Assembly: GCA_037139955.1 (NCBI GenBank)
Contig: JBAXFK010000001.1
Coordinates: 5,402 to 69,401 of the forward strand
Length of the DNA: 64,000 nucleotides
Source: Rhodospirillales bacterium
GTDB lineage: Bacteria; Pseudomonadota; Alphaproteobacteria; Acetobacterales; Acetobacteraceae
Direction of reading: 5' to 3'
The notes below the pieces were generated by a model. That model ran no database searches, was not told the origin of the DNA, and worked only from the letters and a program-made list of their open reading frames with translations. Every line of letters starts with the position of its first letter. Position 1 is the first letter of the stretch. The position numbers and the translations under genes are program-made. Shown here piece by piece: positions 12,470 through 21,074 of the stretch.

Positions 12470-12524
12470 GCGCGCCGCGCCGTGCAATCCCGGGCATTGC
12501 CGGAACCGCACGGCACGAAGCGGG

Positions 12525-13436
12525 TTATTCTTTCAGGTTCAATTCGTCGCCGGCCAGCCGCTCGCACCATTTCGCCATTTCGGTGTGATCGGCGTTCGGC
12601 CCGAACATGGTTTCGGCCGACACCAGAATTTCCCGCACCAACGCGCTGAGCGGCGTCGCGGTGCCGGTTTCGCGGCCGATTTGCATGGCAATGGACAAGT
12701 CCTTCGCCAACAAACCCATCGTGAACCCGGCATCGAATTTCCGCGACAGCACGAATTGGCGGAATTTCTTCTGGGTAGAATTATTCATGCCAGTCGCGGC
12801 ATTCAGCACGTCCGTCATGACACCGGGGTCGAGGCCGAAGCGCTGGCCGACCAACAAAGCCTCGATCCCGATCAGGAATCCGCCGGTGCTGACCATGTTG
12901 TTTAGCGCCTTCACCGCCTGACCCGCACCGACATTGCCGGCGCGCAGGATGGACGTGCCCATAGCGGCGAGCACGGGTTTCATCCGCTCGATAACATCTT
13001 CGGGTCCGCCGACCATGATCGCCAATTGCCCGGTTTTGGCGCGCGGCACGCCGCCCGACACCGGGGCGTCGATCATGATGCCCCCCATCGCCGCGACCTG
13101 TTCGGCCAGACGTTGGGTGTGCGAGGGAACCCCCGAGCTCATGTCGATCACGATAGTGCCGGGTTTCATGCCGGCGAAGATATTGTCGTCGCCACCGGAC
13201 AGCACGCGCTCGACGATCGCGCTAGTCGGCAGCATAGTCACGACAACATCGGACCCGCCGGCCAGTTCCTTCAAAGTATCGGGTGCGAAACCGCCGATTT
13301 GTTGCACGAAATTATTGGCGACCTCGCGCTTGGCGTCGGCGATATTGACGGTGAAGCCGGCTTTCACGAGGCAGGCGGCCATCGGCCAGCCCATATTGCC
13401 CACGCCGACGAAGCCGACGGTCGGTCGATCGGTCAT
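12525..13436 (-). CDS. NAD(P)-dependent oxidoreductase, 3-hydroxyisobutyrate dehydrogenase family
   Basis: Start at the ATG at 13436 (MTDRPTVGFVGVGNMGWPMA Rossmann motif). 303 aa. Confidence 0.85.
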   Translation of the reverse strand: MTDRPTVGFVGVGNMGWPMAACLVKAGFTVNIADAKREVANNFVQQIGGFAPDTLKELAGGSDVVVTMLPTSAIVERVLSGGDDNIFAGMKPGTIVIDMSSGVPSHTQRLAEQVAAMGGIMIDAPVSGGVPRAKTGQLAIMVGGPEDVIERMKPVLAAMGTSILRAGNVGAGQAVKALNNMVSTGGFLIGIEALLVGQRFGLDPGVMTDVLNAATGMNNSTQKKFRQFVLSRKFDAGFTMGLLAKDLSIAMQIGRETGTATPLSALVREILVSAETMFGPNADHTEMAKWCERLAGDELNLKE

Positions 13437-13441
13437 ATGTT

Positions 13442-13858
13442 TCAGTCCTTCTTCGTCGCGTCGGCTTCCTTGAAGACCTCGGTGGCGATCTTGAACGCCT
13501 CCAAAGCGGCGGGAATGCCGCAATAGGCTCCGACCTGGATCAGCACTTCCTTGATTTCGTCCCGGCTCACGCCGTTGGTCAGCGCCGCCCGCAGATGTAG
13601 CCGCAACTCGGCGCCACGATTCAGGGCGGAGAGCATACCGAGGTTGATAATGCTGCGGGTTTTGCGGTCCAGACCGGGGCGGGTCCAAGCCATACCCCAG
13701 GCAATTTCGGTCGTCATCTGCTGGAACACGGCGTTGAAATCGTCGGCCCGCGCAAGGGAGCCATCGACATAATCGCCGCCCAGAACGTCGCGGCGGACTT
13801 CGAGGCCCTTTTTGAACAATTCGCTTTGGTATTCGGGGCGGTTGGGAACGTCGACCAT
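13442..13858 (-). CDS. carboxymuconolactone decarboxylase (CMD) family protein
   Basis: 138-aa ORF starting at the ATG at 13858. The R(K)TRSIINLGMLSALNR...EIKEVLIQVGAYCGIPAA pattern is typical of PcaC-like CMD proteins. Confidence 0.75.
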   Translation of the reverse strand: MVDVPNRPEYQSELFKKGLEVRRDVLGGDYVDGSLARADDFNAVFQQMTTEIAWGMAWTRPGLDRKTRSIINLGMLSALNRGAELRLHLRAALTNGVSRDEIKEVLIQVGAYCGIPAALEAFKIATEVFKEADATKKD

Positions 13859-14092
13859 GGGGGCCTCCTGCAATGCGATAGGGGCGTGCAGACTAATCCC
13901 GGTCCGCCATGAGCGAAACCCCGTTAGGCGAACACTCGGTCCAAGCCGATTTAGGCATCCGGTGCCAGCAAGGGGCGCAGAACCCCATCCCCGATCGTCG
14001 TCCACGATACGCTCCTTCTCGCACCCGAACCGGCATTGCCATCGAAGCCGCCACGCGGTTTACTCAGAGCCGAGCGAACGGAGGAAACAGCC

Positions 14093-14887
14093 ATGGAACC
14101 CACCTACGAAGTGCTGGCGCTGCGCTATGCGCTTATGAACGACCGCAAACACTTCCAAAATTTCATCGTCCCGGTGGATGACCACGCCTCCCCCGACCCG
14201 ATGGATTTTCTGCTGTTCGCCATCCGAGGCAATGGCCGCACGATCGTCATGGACACCGGTTTCAGCCCCGAATCCGGCGCTCGGCGTGGGCGGGAAATAC
14301 TGCGCACCCCAGCGCAGGCGTTGCTCGACGCCGGGATCGATCCAGCCACCGCGACCGATGTCGTGCTAACCCACATGCACTGGGATCACGCCGGCGGCAT
14401 GGAGTATTTCCCGAAAGCGACATTCCACGTCCAGGCCTCGGAAATGAGCTACTGTACAGGCGCCTGTATGTGCGAGCCGTTCCTGCGTCGCCCCTACGAT
14501 GTGGAGGACGTGCGCGCCGCGATCGATGCGCTGTATACCGAACGGCTAAAAATCTACGACGGCACCCAGGAGATCGCGCCGGGGATCACGCTGCATCTGA
14601 TCGGCGGGCACTCCGGCGGCATCCAATCGATCCGGGTGCCGACCAAGCGCGGCTGGGTGGTGCTGGCCGGCGACGCCACGCATTACTGGCGCAACATTCG
14701 CCTGCGGAATCCGTTCCCGGTTGTGTTCGATGTCGGCCGCATGTTGAAGGGGTTCGAGATTATCAACGGCCTCGCCGACGGCCCGAACCACGTTATTCCA
14801 GGGCACGATCCGATGATTCTCAAAACATTTCCCACATTGAACGGAAACAAGGAAATCGTGCGACTGGATTTGCCGCCCATCGGCTAG
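14093..14887 (+). CDS. MBL-fold metallo-hydrolase (N-acyl-homoserine-lactonase-like)
   Basis: ATG at 14093 follows GGAGGAAACAGCC. The protein carries a THMHWDHAGG (HxHxDH) zinc motif. 264 aa. Confidence 0.75.
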   Translation: MEPTYEVLALRYALMNDRKHFQNFIVPVDDHASPDPMDFLLFAIRGNGRTIVMDTGFSPESGARRGREILRTPAQALLDAGIDPATATDVVLTHMHWDHAGGMEYFPKATFHVQASEMSYCTGACMCEPFLRRPYDVEDVRAAIDALYTERLKIYDGTQEIAPGITLHLIGGHSGGIQSIRVPTKRGWVVLAGDATHYWRNIRLRNPFPVVFDVGRMLKGFEIINGLADGPNHVIPGHDPMILKTFPTLNGNKEIVRLDLPPIG

Positions 14888-15193
14888 GTGCAACGCTGCC
14901 GACGAAGCCAAGCCATCGCCGGCAGTGTCCGCAAGATTCGAACCGGGGTACCCGGATCCTGCGGTTGCCGAGCATGCCTATTATCGCAAATATATACGCA
15001 TATCGAAATAAACTGCCAAATACGATAGGCTCCAACACACATCGGTCTGCGCATAATCCGTTGCTATGTACCAAAAATCCATGCATTGTGAAACGCGCAA
15101 CCCCGTACTGATCGCCGCCCTCGGACGATCGCACAGGAGCGAACTGGGAGTAAAAAGCCATGGCATCGATAACCGAGACAATGTCCAAGCCTG

Positions 15194-15910
15194 TTGCGGC
15201 AGAGACATAACGATATGCTCAGCAACGACCTTCTTACGACATTCCGGCCGAGCGAATACACTGCCGCACTGCTAAGGACGGTGGAATGTGCCACCGCATG
15301 CCGCGCATTCGAAAAGGCAATCGAAATAGGTGTTGGGAACGGCATCGTTCTCGGTGCCATCGGGTCGGCAAATGTTGACCGTTTGTGGGGAATCGATATC
15401 GAACCGGACGCACTTCGCGCGACTGCCGACCTGCTGACGACCGTAGGCTATCATGCTCGGGCGACACTGGCGCTGAGCGACGTCTGGAGCAACGTCCCAG
15501 ACGACGATTTCGACCTAATCGCTACCAATCTACCGCATTACCCGCTATCGCTGCCGTCGAAATCGGATCGATTGCCGACATGGAGCGGCGGTGGCCGAAC
15601 CCTGATAGACCGGTTCTTACGGGGGCTGCCAGATAAGATGCGTTCGGACGGATGTGCGTACATGACTCATCTGGACCTTATCGGACTGGACGAGACCATG
15701 GACCTGATTCGAACCCTCGGGTTAGAAGCGCATAGCGTGTTCGTCTGGTCGGTATGCGAACATCGAGAGCACATCGATGCTTTGTTCCCGCCTGGTACTT
15801 CGCGTTGCGTTCCGACGACACTGCGGCGATACGGGGCGTACGATTTCGTCGATTCGCGCGTTCTGGAGATCGGCTGGTCCGGCCATTCGCCAGTCATGGG
15901 AAGGGTATGA
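15194..15910 (+). CDS. class I SAM-dependent methyltransferase (HemK/PrmC-like small-domain type)
   Basis: Has the EIGVGNGIV motif I and a DLIATNLPHYP motif resembling the (N/D)PPY motif IV. Its stop overlaps the next gene's start (ATGA). The start may instead be the internal ATG at 15215. Confidence 0.65.
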   Translation: MRQRHNDMLSNDLLTTFRPSEYTAALLRTVECATACRAFEKAIEIGVGNGIVLGAIGSANVDRLWGIDIEPDALRATADLLTTVGYHARATLALSDVWSNVPDDDFDLIATNLPHYPLSLPSKSDRLPTWSGGGRTLIDRFLRGLPDKMRSDGCAYMTHLDLIGLDETMDLIRTLGLEAHSVFVWSVCEHREHIDALFPPGTSRCVPTTLRRYGAYDFVDSRVLEIGWSGHSPVMGRV

Positions 15911-17559
15911 TGCGTATCCGGGTATTGAGTGCCGTTCTAACCATCCTGTGTCTCGCCGTCGCTTGCGCGCTGCCGAGCCGATCGGCGTGGGCAGATGCGA
16001 CAAAAGATCGAATCGCCGCGATCCTGCAAGATACGCGGCAACGCGGTTGCGCCGCGCCGAACGACCTTCTCGCGACAGTGCTTTGCGCCGGAAAAATCCG
16101 CATCGGCGTGCGCGCGAACTACCCCGGATTCGGATACCTGGAAAACGGGCACTACAGCGGTTTCGAGATCGATCTCGCGAACCGCATCGCCGAACGCCTG
16201 AACGTCGTCCCGCAACTGGCCACTGTTACCCCCGCGAATCGTATCTTGAAGGTGGTCGCGGGCGATGTCGATATCGCCGTCGCCACCATGACCCATACGG
16301 TCACGCGCGACGAGCAGATACGTTTTGTGCGCCCCCATTACTTCGGAAGCCACACGTCGATTATGGGACCTAGGCGGCTCGCGCTCGACGGTCTTCAAGG
16401 GTTGGCGGGGCGATCCGTCTGCGTTCCCGTCGGTGCGGCTTCGAACCTTATCATGAGCAAAGCGGGTGCTCGGCTCATGCTTTACGACTCGCCGCAAGCA
16501 CTGATCGATGCGCTCCGCTTCGGCACTTGCAGTCTCGCCGCCCACGACAATACGCTGTGGGCGGCATCGATCGCGGATGAACGCTTCGCGCAACGGTTCG
16601 AAGAAAAGGTAGCATTGACCGACTTCGGTTGGGGTATCGGATTACGCAAAGACAGAAGCAACGATATGGAGCATCTGCTTAGCCTGATCGTCGTCGATTT
16701 GTACCGATCCGGAGAGATGACCGACCTGCTATCGAAATACACGCTGCCCCGAAGCTTCGTCGCCGCGCAGAACGCTTTATGGTCGCAGCCGGCGTGTTCG
16801 ACGCCAAGCGGCGATCCCGCAGAATCTTGTATGTTGGCAGCTTATTCCGATGTGGATGCCCCCACCTCGTTCGCATCGCAAGTGAAACACATCGAACTCT
16901 GGGCAAAGGAGCGACTGGGGCTAACAGTCAGTTTTCCCATGCTGACCGGCCAGGTGAATTTCGAGATGTTCATCGAAGGTATCTTGAACACGCTTGTGTT
17001 GGTGGTAGGGGCGATATTCGCAACACTGTTTTTCGCTATTTTCTTCCAAGCCGGCATTCGCCGCGGTTCGATCGTATTTGGCGTCGCCGCAAAATTGGTC
17101 GCTGCTTTTTTTCGATCCAGTCCAGTCATCCTGCTGATGTTGCTTGGATATTATCTAGCGTCCTCGGTCACGAATTATGGAACCGGCGTCGCGCTTTGCA
17201 CAGCCGTGTTGGCGATCGGCCTGACAAATGGATGTTTCGCCGGTGTCGCGATCGCCGACGCGGCTGCCAGTATGGACGACGGGACGGGCACCCAATCGCA
17301 GCCGCTTGTCGCCGTCCTACATCGCGCTCGGACACAAATTACCGCGTTCATGGTCAATGCCGCACGGGCCAGCGCCGTGGCCGCCTTCATCGGCACGCCG
17401 GAACTGCTCAACACGCTGAACGACGTTGCGTCGGTATCGTCGGAACGCACGACGACGTTCGCCATCCTGTTGCTTATCTACATGGCCATCATTTGGGCAG
17501 TCGCACGCTTGAGCGGATTGCTGGGTCTGCTCCTGACCCGGCAAGGAGCGGTATCATGA
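15907..17559 (+). CDS. fused family-3 solute-binding domain + ABC-type permease domain (amino-acid-transporter-like), copy 1
   Basis: Signal peptide MMRIRVLSAVLTILCLAVACALPSRSAWA, followed by a PBPb-like domain (IRIGVRANYPGFGY...GFEIDLA...) and a C-terminal ~200-aa polytopic domain with a degenerate EAA loop. Confidence 0.75.
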   Translation: MMRIRVLSAVLTILCLAVACALPSRSAWADATKDRIAAILQDTRQRGCAAPNDLLATVLCAGKIRIGVRANYPGFGYLENGHYSGFEIDLANRIAERLNVVPQLATVTPANRILKVVAGDVDIAVATMTHTVTRDEQIRFVRPHYFGSHTSIMGPRRLALDGLQGLAGRSVCVPVGAASNLIMSKAGARLMLYDSPQALIDALRFGTCSLAAHDNTLWAASIADERFAQRFEEKVALTDFGWGIGLRKDRSNDMEHLLSLIVVDLYRSGEMTDLLSKYTLPRSFVAAQNALWSQPACSTPSGDPAESCMLAAYSDVDAPTSFASQVKHIELWAKERLGLTVSFPMLTGQVNFEMFIEGILNTLVLVVGAIFATLFFAIFFQAGIRRGSIVFGVAAKLVAAFFRSSPVILLMLLGYYLASSVTNYGTGVALCTAVLAIGLTNGCFAGVAIADAAASMDDGTGTQSQPLVAVLHRARTQITAFMVNAARASAVAAFIGTPELLNTLNDVASVSSERTTTFAILLLIYMAIIWAVARLSGLLGLLLTRQGAVS

Positions 17560-18170
17560 GCTTCCTCCCGCCCAGTTTCATCGAAGATTTTTTACGGGGC
17601 TTCGTCACCAATCTCTGGGTCGGAGGGGCGTCCCTGCTACTTGGACTTGCGGTGGGCGGTTTGTTGGCTTGGCTACGGTTTGTCGGCGGCATATTCGGAC
17701 GCATCGCCACCGCCGCAACGTCCCTGTTCAATGCCACCCCGACATTCGTTGCAATGTTCGTACTGTTGAACCTGCTGCCCCGCAGCATCGTCATCGCGGA
17801 TTACTCGGCAACCGTTCCCATGGCGACTTTCGTCATCCTCTCGCTAGGGATATACGCCGCATCGAATATTTCCAATGGTCTATTGGATACTTTGCGATAC
17901 CTCCGAGAGGGTTCGGTTCGCGCGGCAATGCTATTTATTCCGAATACTACGCGGGTGTTCGTTGTTCTCGTTCTCGCCTCGTCGACCGGCGCGGCAATCG
18001 GTGTGCCCGAAGCCGTCACGGTGACTTTGCGCCATGCCGAGCTTCTGCCGGATATCCAAAGCCGGATTATGCTGGTCGGTCTGGCGCTGGTCATGTTCAT
18101 GTTGCTCGTACAAGCGCTCGAAGCCGTTGTCCGAACAGCGAGCGGGTGGCTCGTTCGCCGCCGGTCATAG
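17556..18170 (+). CDS. ABC-type permease-like membrane protein (204 aa), copy 1
   Basis: ATGA overlap with the upstream gene. The protein is polytopic, with the AIGVPEAVTVTL segment resembling the HisM/GlnP family. The EAA motif is divergent. Confidence 0.7.
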   Translation: MSFLPPSFIEDFLRGFVTNLWVGGASLLLGLAVGGLLAWLRFVGGIFGRIATAATSLFNATPTFVAMFVLLNLLPRSIVIADYSATVPMATFVILSLGIYAASNISNGLLDTLRYLREGSVRAAMLFIPNTTRVFVVLVLASSTGAAIGVPEAVTVTLRHAELLPDIQSRIMLVGLALVMFMLLVQALEAVVRTASGWLVRRRS

Positions 18171-18374
18171 GCCGTCGGACCGCAGCGCAGCGCACGGATT
18201 TGCGAAAACATGGAATGAAAGGTGCGGCTACTCGATGTTGCTTCCCCGTGAAATCGTGCGGATAGCCAGCGCGCAGGCACCCAATTCGGCGCGCTTGCGA
18301 TGCGGCAACGGGCCGTCCGGATCGCTCGGTTCCGAAGCAGCGCTGCCATGAATTTGCTCCCATCCGGGTTCATT

Positions 18375-18637
18375 ACGGATGTGCGTACATGACTCATCTG
18401 GACCTTATCGGACTGGACGAGACCATGGACCTGATTCGAACCCTCGGGTTAGAAGCGCATAGCGTGTTCGTCTGGTCGGTATGCGAACATCGAGAGCACA
18501 TCGATGCTTTGTTCCCGCCTGGTACTTCGCGTTGCGTTCCGACGACACTGCGGCGATACGGGGCGTACGATTTCGTCGATTCGCGCGTTCTGGAGATCGG
18601 CTGGTCCGGCCATTCGCCAGTCATGGGAAGGGTATGA
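18375..18637 (+). pseudogene. 3' fragment of the methyltransferase gene created by the tandem duplication
   Basis: Identical to 15648-15910 (last 87 codons). It has no N-terminal SAM-binding part and is out of frame with the 9-codon stub upstream. Confidence 0.85.
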
Positions 18638-20286
18638 TGCGTATCCGGGTATTGAGTGCCGTTCTAACCATCCTGTGTCTCGCCGTCGCTTGCGCGCTGC
18701 CGAGCCGATCGGCGTGGGCAGATGCGACAAAAGATCGAATCGCCGCGATCCTGCAAGATACGCGGCAACGCGGTTGCGCCGCGCCGAACGACCTTCTCGC
18801 GACAGTGCTTTGCGCCGGAAAAATCCGCATCGGCGTGCGCGCGAACTACCCCGGATTCGGATACCTGGAAAACGGGCACTACAGCGGTTTCGAGATCGAT
18901 CTCGCGAACCGCATCGCCGAACGCCTGAACGTCGTCCCGCAACTGGCCACTGTTACCCCCGCGAATCGTATCTTGAAGGTGGTCGCGGGCGATGTCGATA
19001 TCGCCGTCGCCACCATGACCCATACGGTCACGCGCGACGAGCAGATACGTTTTGTGCGCCCCCATTACTTCGGAAGCCACACGTCGATTATGGGACCTAG
19101 GCGGCTCGCGCTCGACGGTCTTCAAGGGTTGGCGGGGCGATCCGTCTGCGTTCCCGTCGGTGCGGCTTCGAACCTTATCATGAGCAAAGCGGGTGCTCGG
19201 CTCATGCTTTACGACTCGCCGCAAGCACTGATCGATGCGCTCCGCTTCGGCACTTGCAGTCTCGCCGCCCACGACAATACGCTGTGGGCGGCATCGATCG
19301 CGGATGAACGCTTCGCGCAACGGTTCGAAGAAAAGGTAGCATTGACCGACTTCGGTTGGGGTATCGGATTACGCAAAGACAGAAGCAACGATATGGAGCA
19401 TCTGCTTAGCCTGATCGTCGTCGATTTGTACCGATCCGGAGAGATGACCGACCTGCTATCGAAATACACGCTGCCCCGAAGCTTCGTCGCCGCGCAGAAC
19501 GCTTTATGGTCGCAGCCGGCGTGTTCGACGCCAAGCGGCGATCCCGCAGAATCTTGTATGTTGGCAGCTTATTCCGATGTGGATGCCCCCACCTCGTTCG
19601 CATCGCAAGTGAAACACATCGAACTCTGGGCAAAGGAGCGACTGGGGCTAACAGTCAGTTTTCCCATGCTGACCGGCCAGGTGAATTTCGAGATGTTCAT
19701 CGAAGGTATCTTGAACACGCTTGTGTTGGTGGTAGGGGCGATATTCGCAACACTGTTTTTCGCTATTTTCTTCCAAGCCGGCATTCGCCGCGGTTCGATC
19801 GTATTTGGCGTCGCCGCAAAATTGGTCGCTGCTTTTTTTCGATCCAGTCCAGTCATCCTGCTGATGTTGCTTGGATATTATCTAGCGTCCTCGGTCACGA
19901 ATTATGGAACCGGCGTCGCGCTTTGCACAGCCGTGTTGGCGATCGGCCTGACAAATGGATGTTTCGCCGGTGTCGCGATCGCCGACGCGGCTGCCAGTAT
20001 GGACGACGGGACGGGCACCCAATCGCAGCCGCTTGTCGCCGTCCTACATCGCGCTCGGACACAAATTACCGCGTTCATGGTCAATGCCGCACGGGCCAGC
20101 GCCGTGGCCGCCTTCATCGGCACGCCGGAACTGCTCAACACGCTGAACGACGTTGCGTCGGTATCGTCGGAACGCACGACGACGTTCGCCATCCTGTTGC
20201 TTATCTACATGGCCATCATTTGGGCAGTCGCACGCTTGAGCGGATTGCTGGGTCTGCTCCTGACCCGGCAAGGAGCGGTATCATGA
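18634..20286 (+). CDS. fused solute-binding + permease protein, copy 2
   Basis: Identical translation to 15907-17559. Confidence 0.75.
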   Translation: MMRIRVLSAVLTILCLAVACALPSRSAWADATKDRIAAILQDTRQRGCAAPNDLLATVLCAGKIRIGVRANYPGFGYLENGHYSGFEIDLANRIAERLNVVPQLATVTPANRILKVVAGDVDIAVATMTHTVTRDEQIRFVRPHYFGSHTSIMGPRRLALDGLQGLAGRSVCVPVGAASNLIMSKAGARLMLYDSPQALIDALRFGTCSLAAHDNTLWAASIADERFAQRFEEKVALTDFGWGIGLRKDRSNDMEHLLSLIVVDLYRSGEMTDLLSKYTLPRSFVAAQNALWSQPACSTPSGDPAESCMLAAYSDVDAPTSFASQVKHIELWAKERLGLTVSFPMLTGQVNFEMFIEGILNTLVLVVGAIFATLFFAIFFQAGIRRGSIVFGVAAKLVAAFFRSSPVILLMLLGYYLASSVTNYGTGVALCTAVLAIGLTNGCFAGVAIADAAASMDDGTGTQSQPLVAVLHRARTQITAFMVNAARASAVAAFIGTPELLNTLNDVASVSSERTTTFAILLLIYMAIIWAVARLSGLLGLLLTRQGAVS

Positions 20287-20897
20287 GCTTCCTCCCGCCC
20301 AGTTTCATCGAAGATTTTTTACGGGGCTTCGTCACCAATCTCTGGGTCGGAGGGGCGTCCCTGCTACTTGGACTTGCGGTGGGCGGTTTGTTGGCTTGGC
20401 TACGGTTTGTCGGCGGCATATTCGGACGCATCGCCACCGCCGCAACGTCCCTGTTCAATGCCACCCCGACATTCGTTGCAATGTTCGTACTGTTGAACCT
20501 GCTGCCCCGCAGCATCGTCATCGCGGATTACTCGGCAACCGTTCCCATGGCGACTTTCGTCATCCTCTCGCTAGGGATATACGCCGCATCGAATATTTCC
20601 AATGGTCTATTGGATACTTTGCGATACCTCCGAGAGGGTTCGGTTCGCGCGGCAATGCTATTTATTCCGAATACTACGCGGGTGTTCGTTGTTCTCGTTC
20701 TCGCCTCGTCGACCGGCGCGGCAATCGGTGTGCCCGAAGCCGTCACGGTGACTTTGCGCCATGCCGAGCTTCTGCCGGATATCCAAAGCCGGATTATGCT
20801 GGTCGGTCTGGCGCTGGTCATGTTCATGTTGCTCGTACAAGCGCTCGAAGCCGTTGTCCGAACAGCGAGCGGGTGGCTCGTTCGCCGCCGGTCATAG
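20283..20897 (+). CDS. ABC-type permease-like membrane protein, copy 2
   Basis: Identical translation to 17556-18170. Confidence 0.7.
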   Translation: MSFLPPSFIEDFLRGFVTNLWVGGASLLLGLAVGGLLAWLRFVGGIFGRIATAATSLFNATPTFVAMFVLLNLLPRSIVIADYSATVPMATFVILSLGIYAASNISNGLLDTLRYLREGSVRAAMLFIPNTTRVFVVLVLASSTGAAIGVPEAVTVTLRHAELLPDIQSRIMLVGLALVMFMLLVQALEAVVRTASGWLVRRRS

Positions 20898-21074
20898 GCC
20901 GTCGGACCGCAGCGCAGCGCACGGATTTGCGAAAACATGGAATGAAAGGTGCGGCTACTCGATGTTGCTTCCCCGTGAAATCGTGCGGATAGCCAGCGCG
21001 CAGGCACCCAATTCGGCGCGCTTGCGATGCGGCAACGGGCCGTCCGGATCGCTCGGTTCCGAAGCAGCGCTGCC

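Larger units (their letters stand above)
15648..18374 (+). repeat. tandem duplication, unit 1 (2,727 bp)
   Basis: Six-frame ORFs recur with identical translations at an offset of +2727. Boundaries were read directly: the unit starts with acggatgtgcgtacatgac and ends with ...ccatccgggttcatt. Confidence 0.95.

Noticed and set aside
12470-12524. Possible bidirectional terminator hairpin (GCCGTGC...GCACGGC) between the DUF1127 gene and the dehydrogenase gene
   Set aside because: The stem is only 7 bp with a long, partly structured loop and has no flanking T or A tract. This is too weak to call.
18348-18392. 14-codon ORF MNLLPSGFITDVRT at the tandem-duplication junction
   Set aside because: It is simply the first 9 codons of the permease-TAXI gene running into out-of-frame methyltransferase sequence. 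It is a by-product of the duplication, not a gene.
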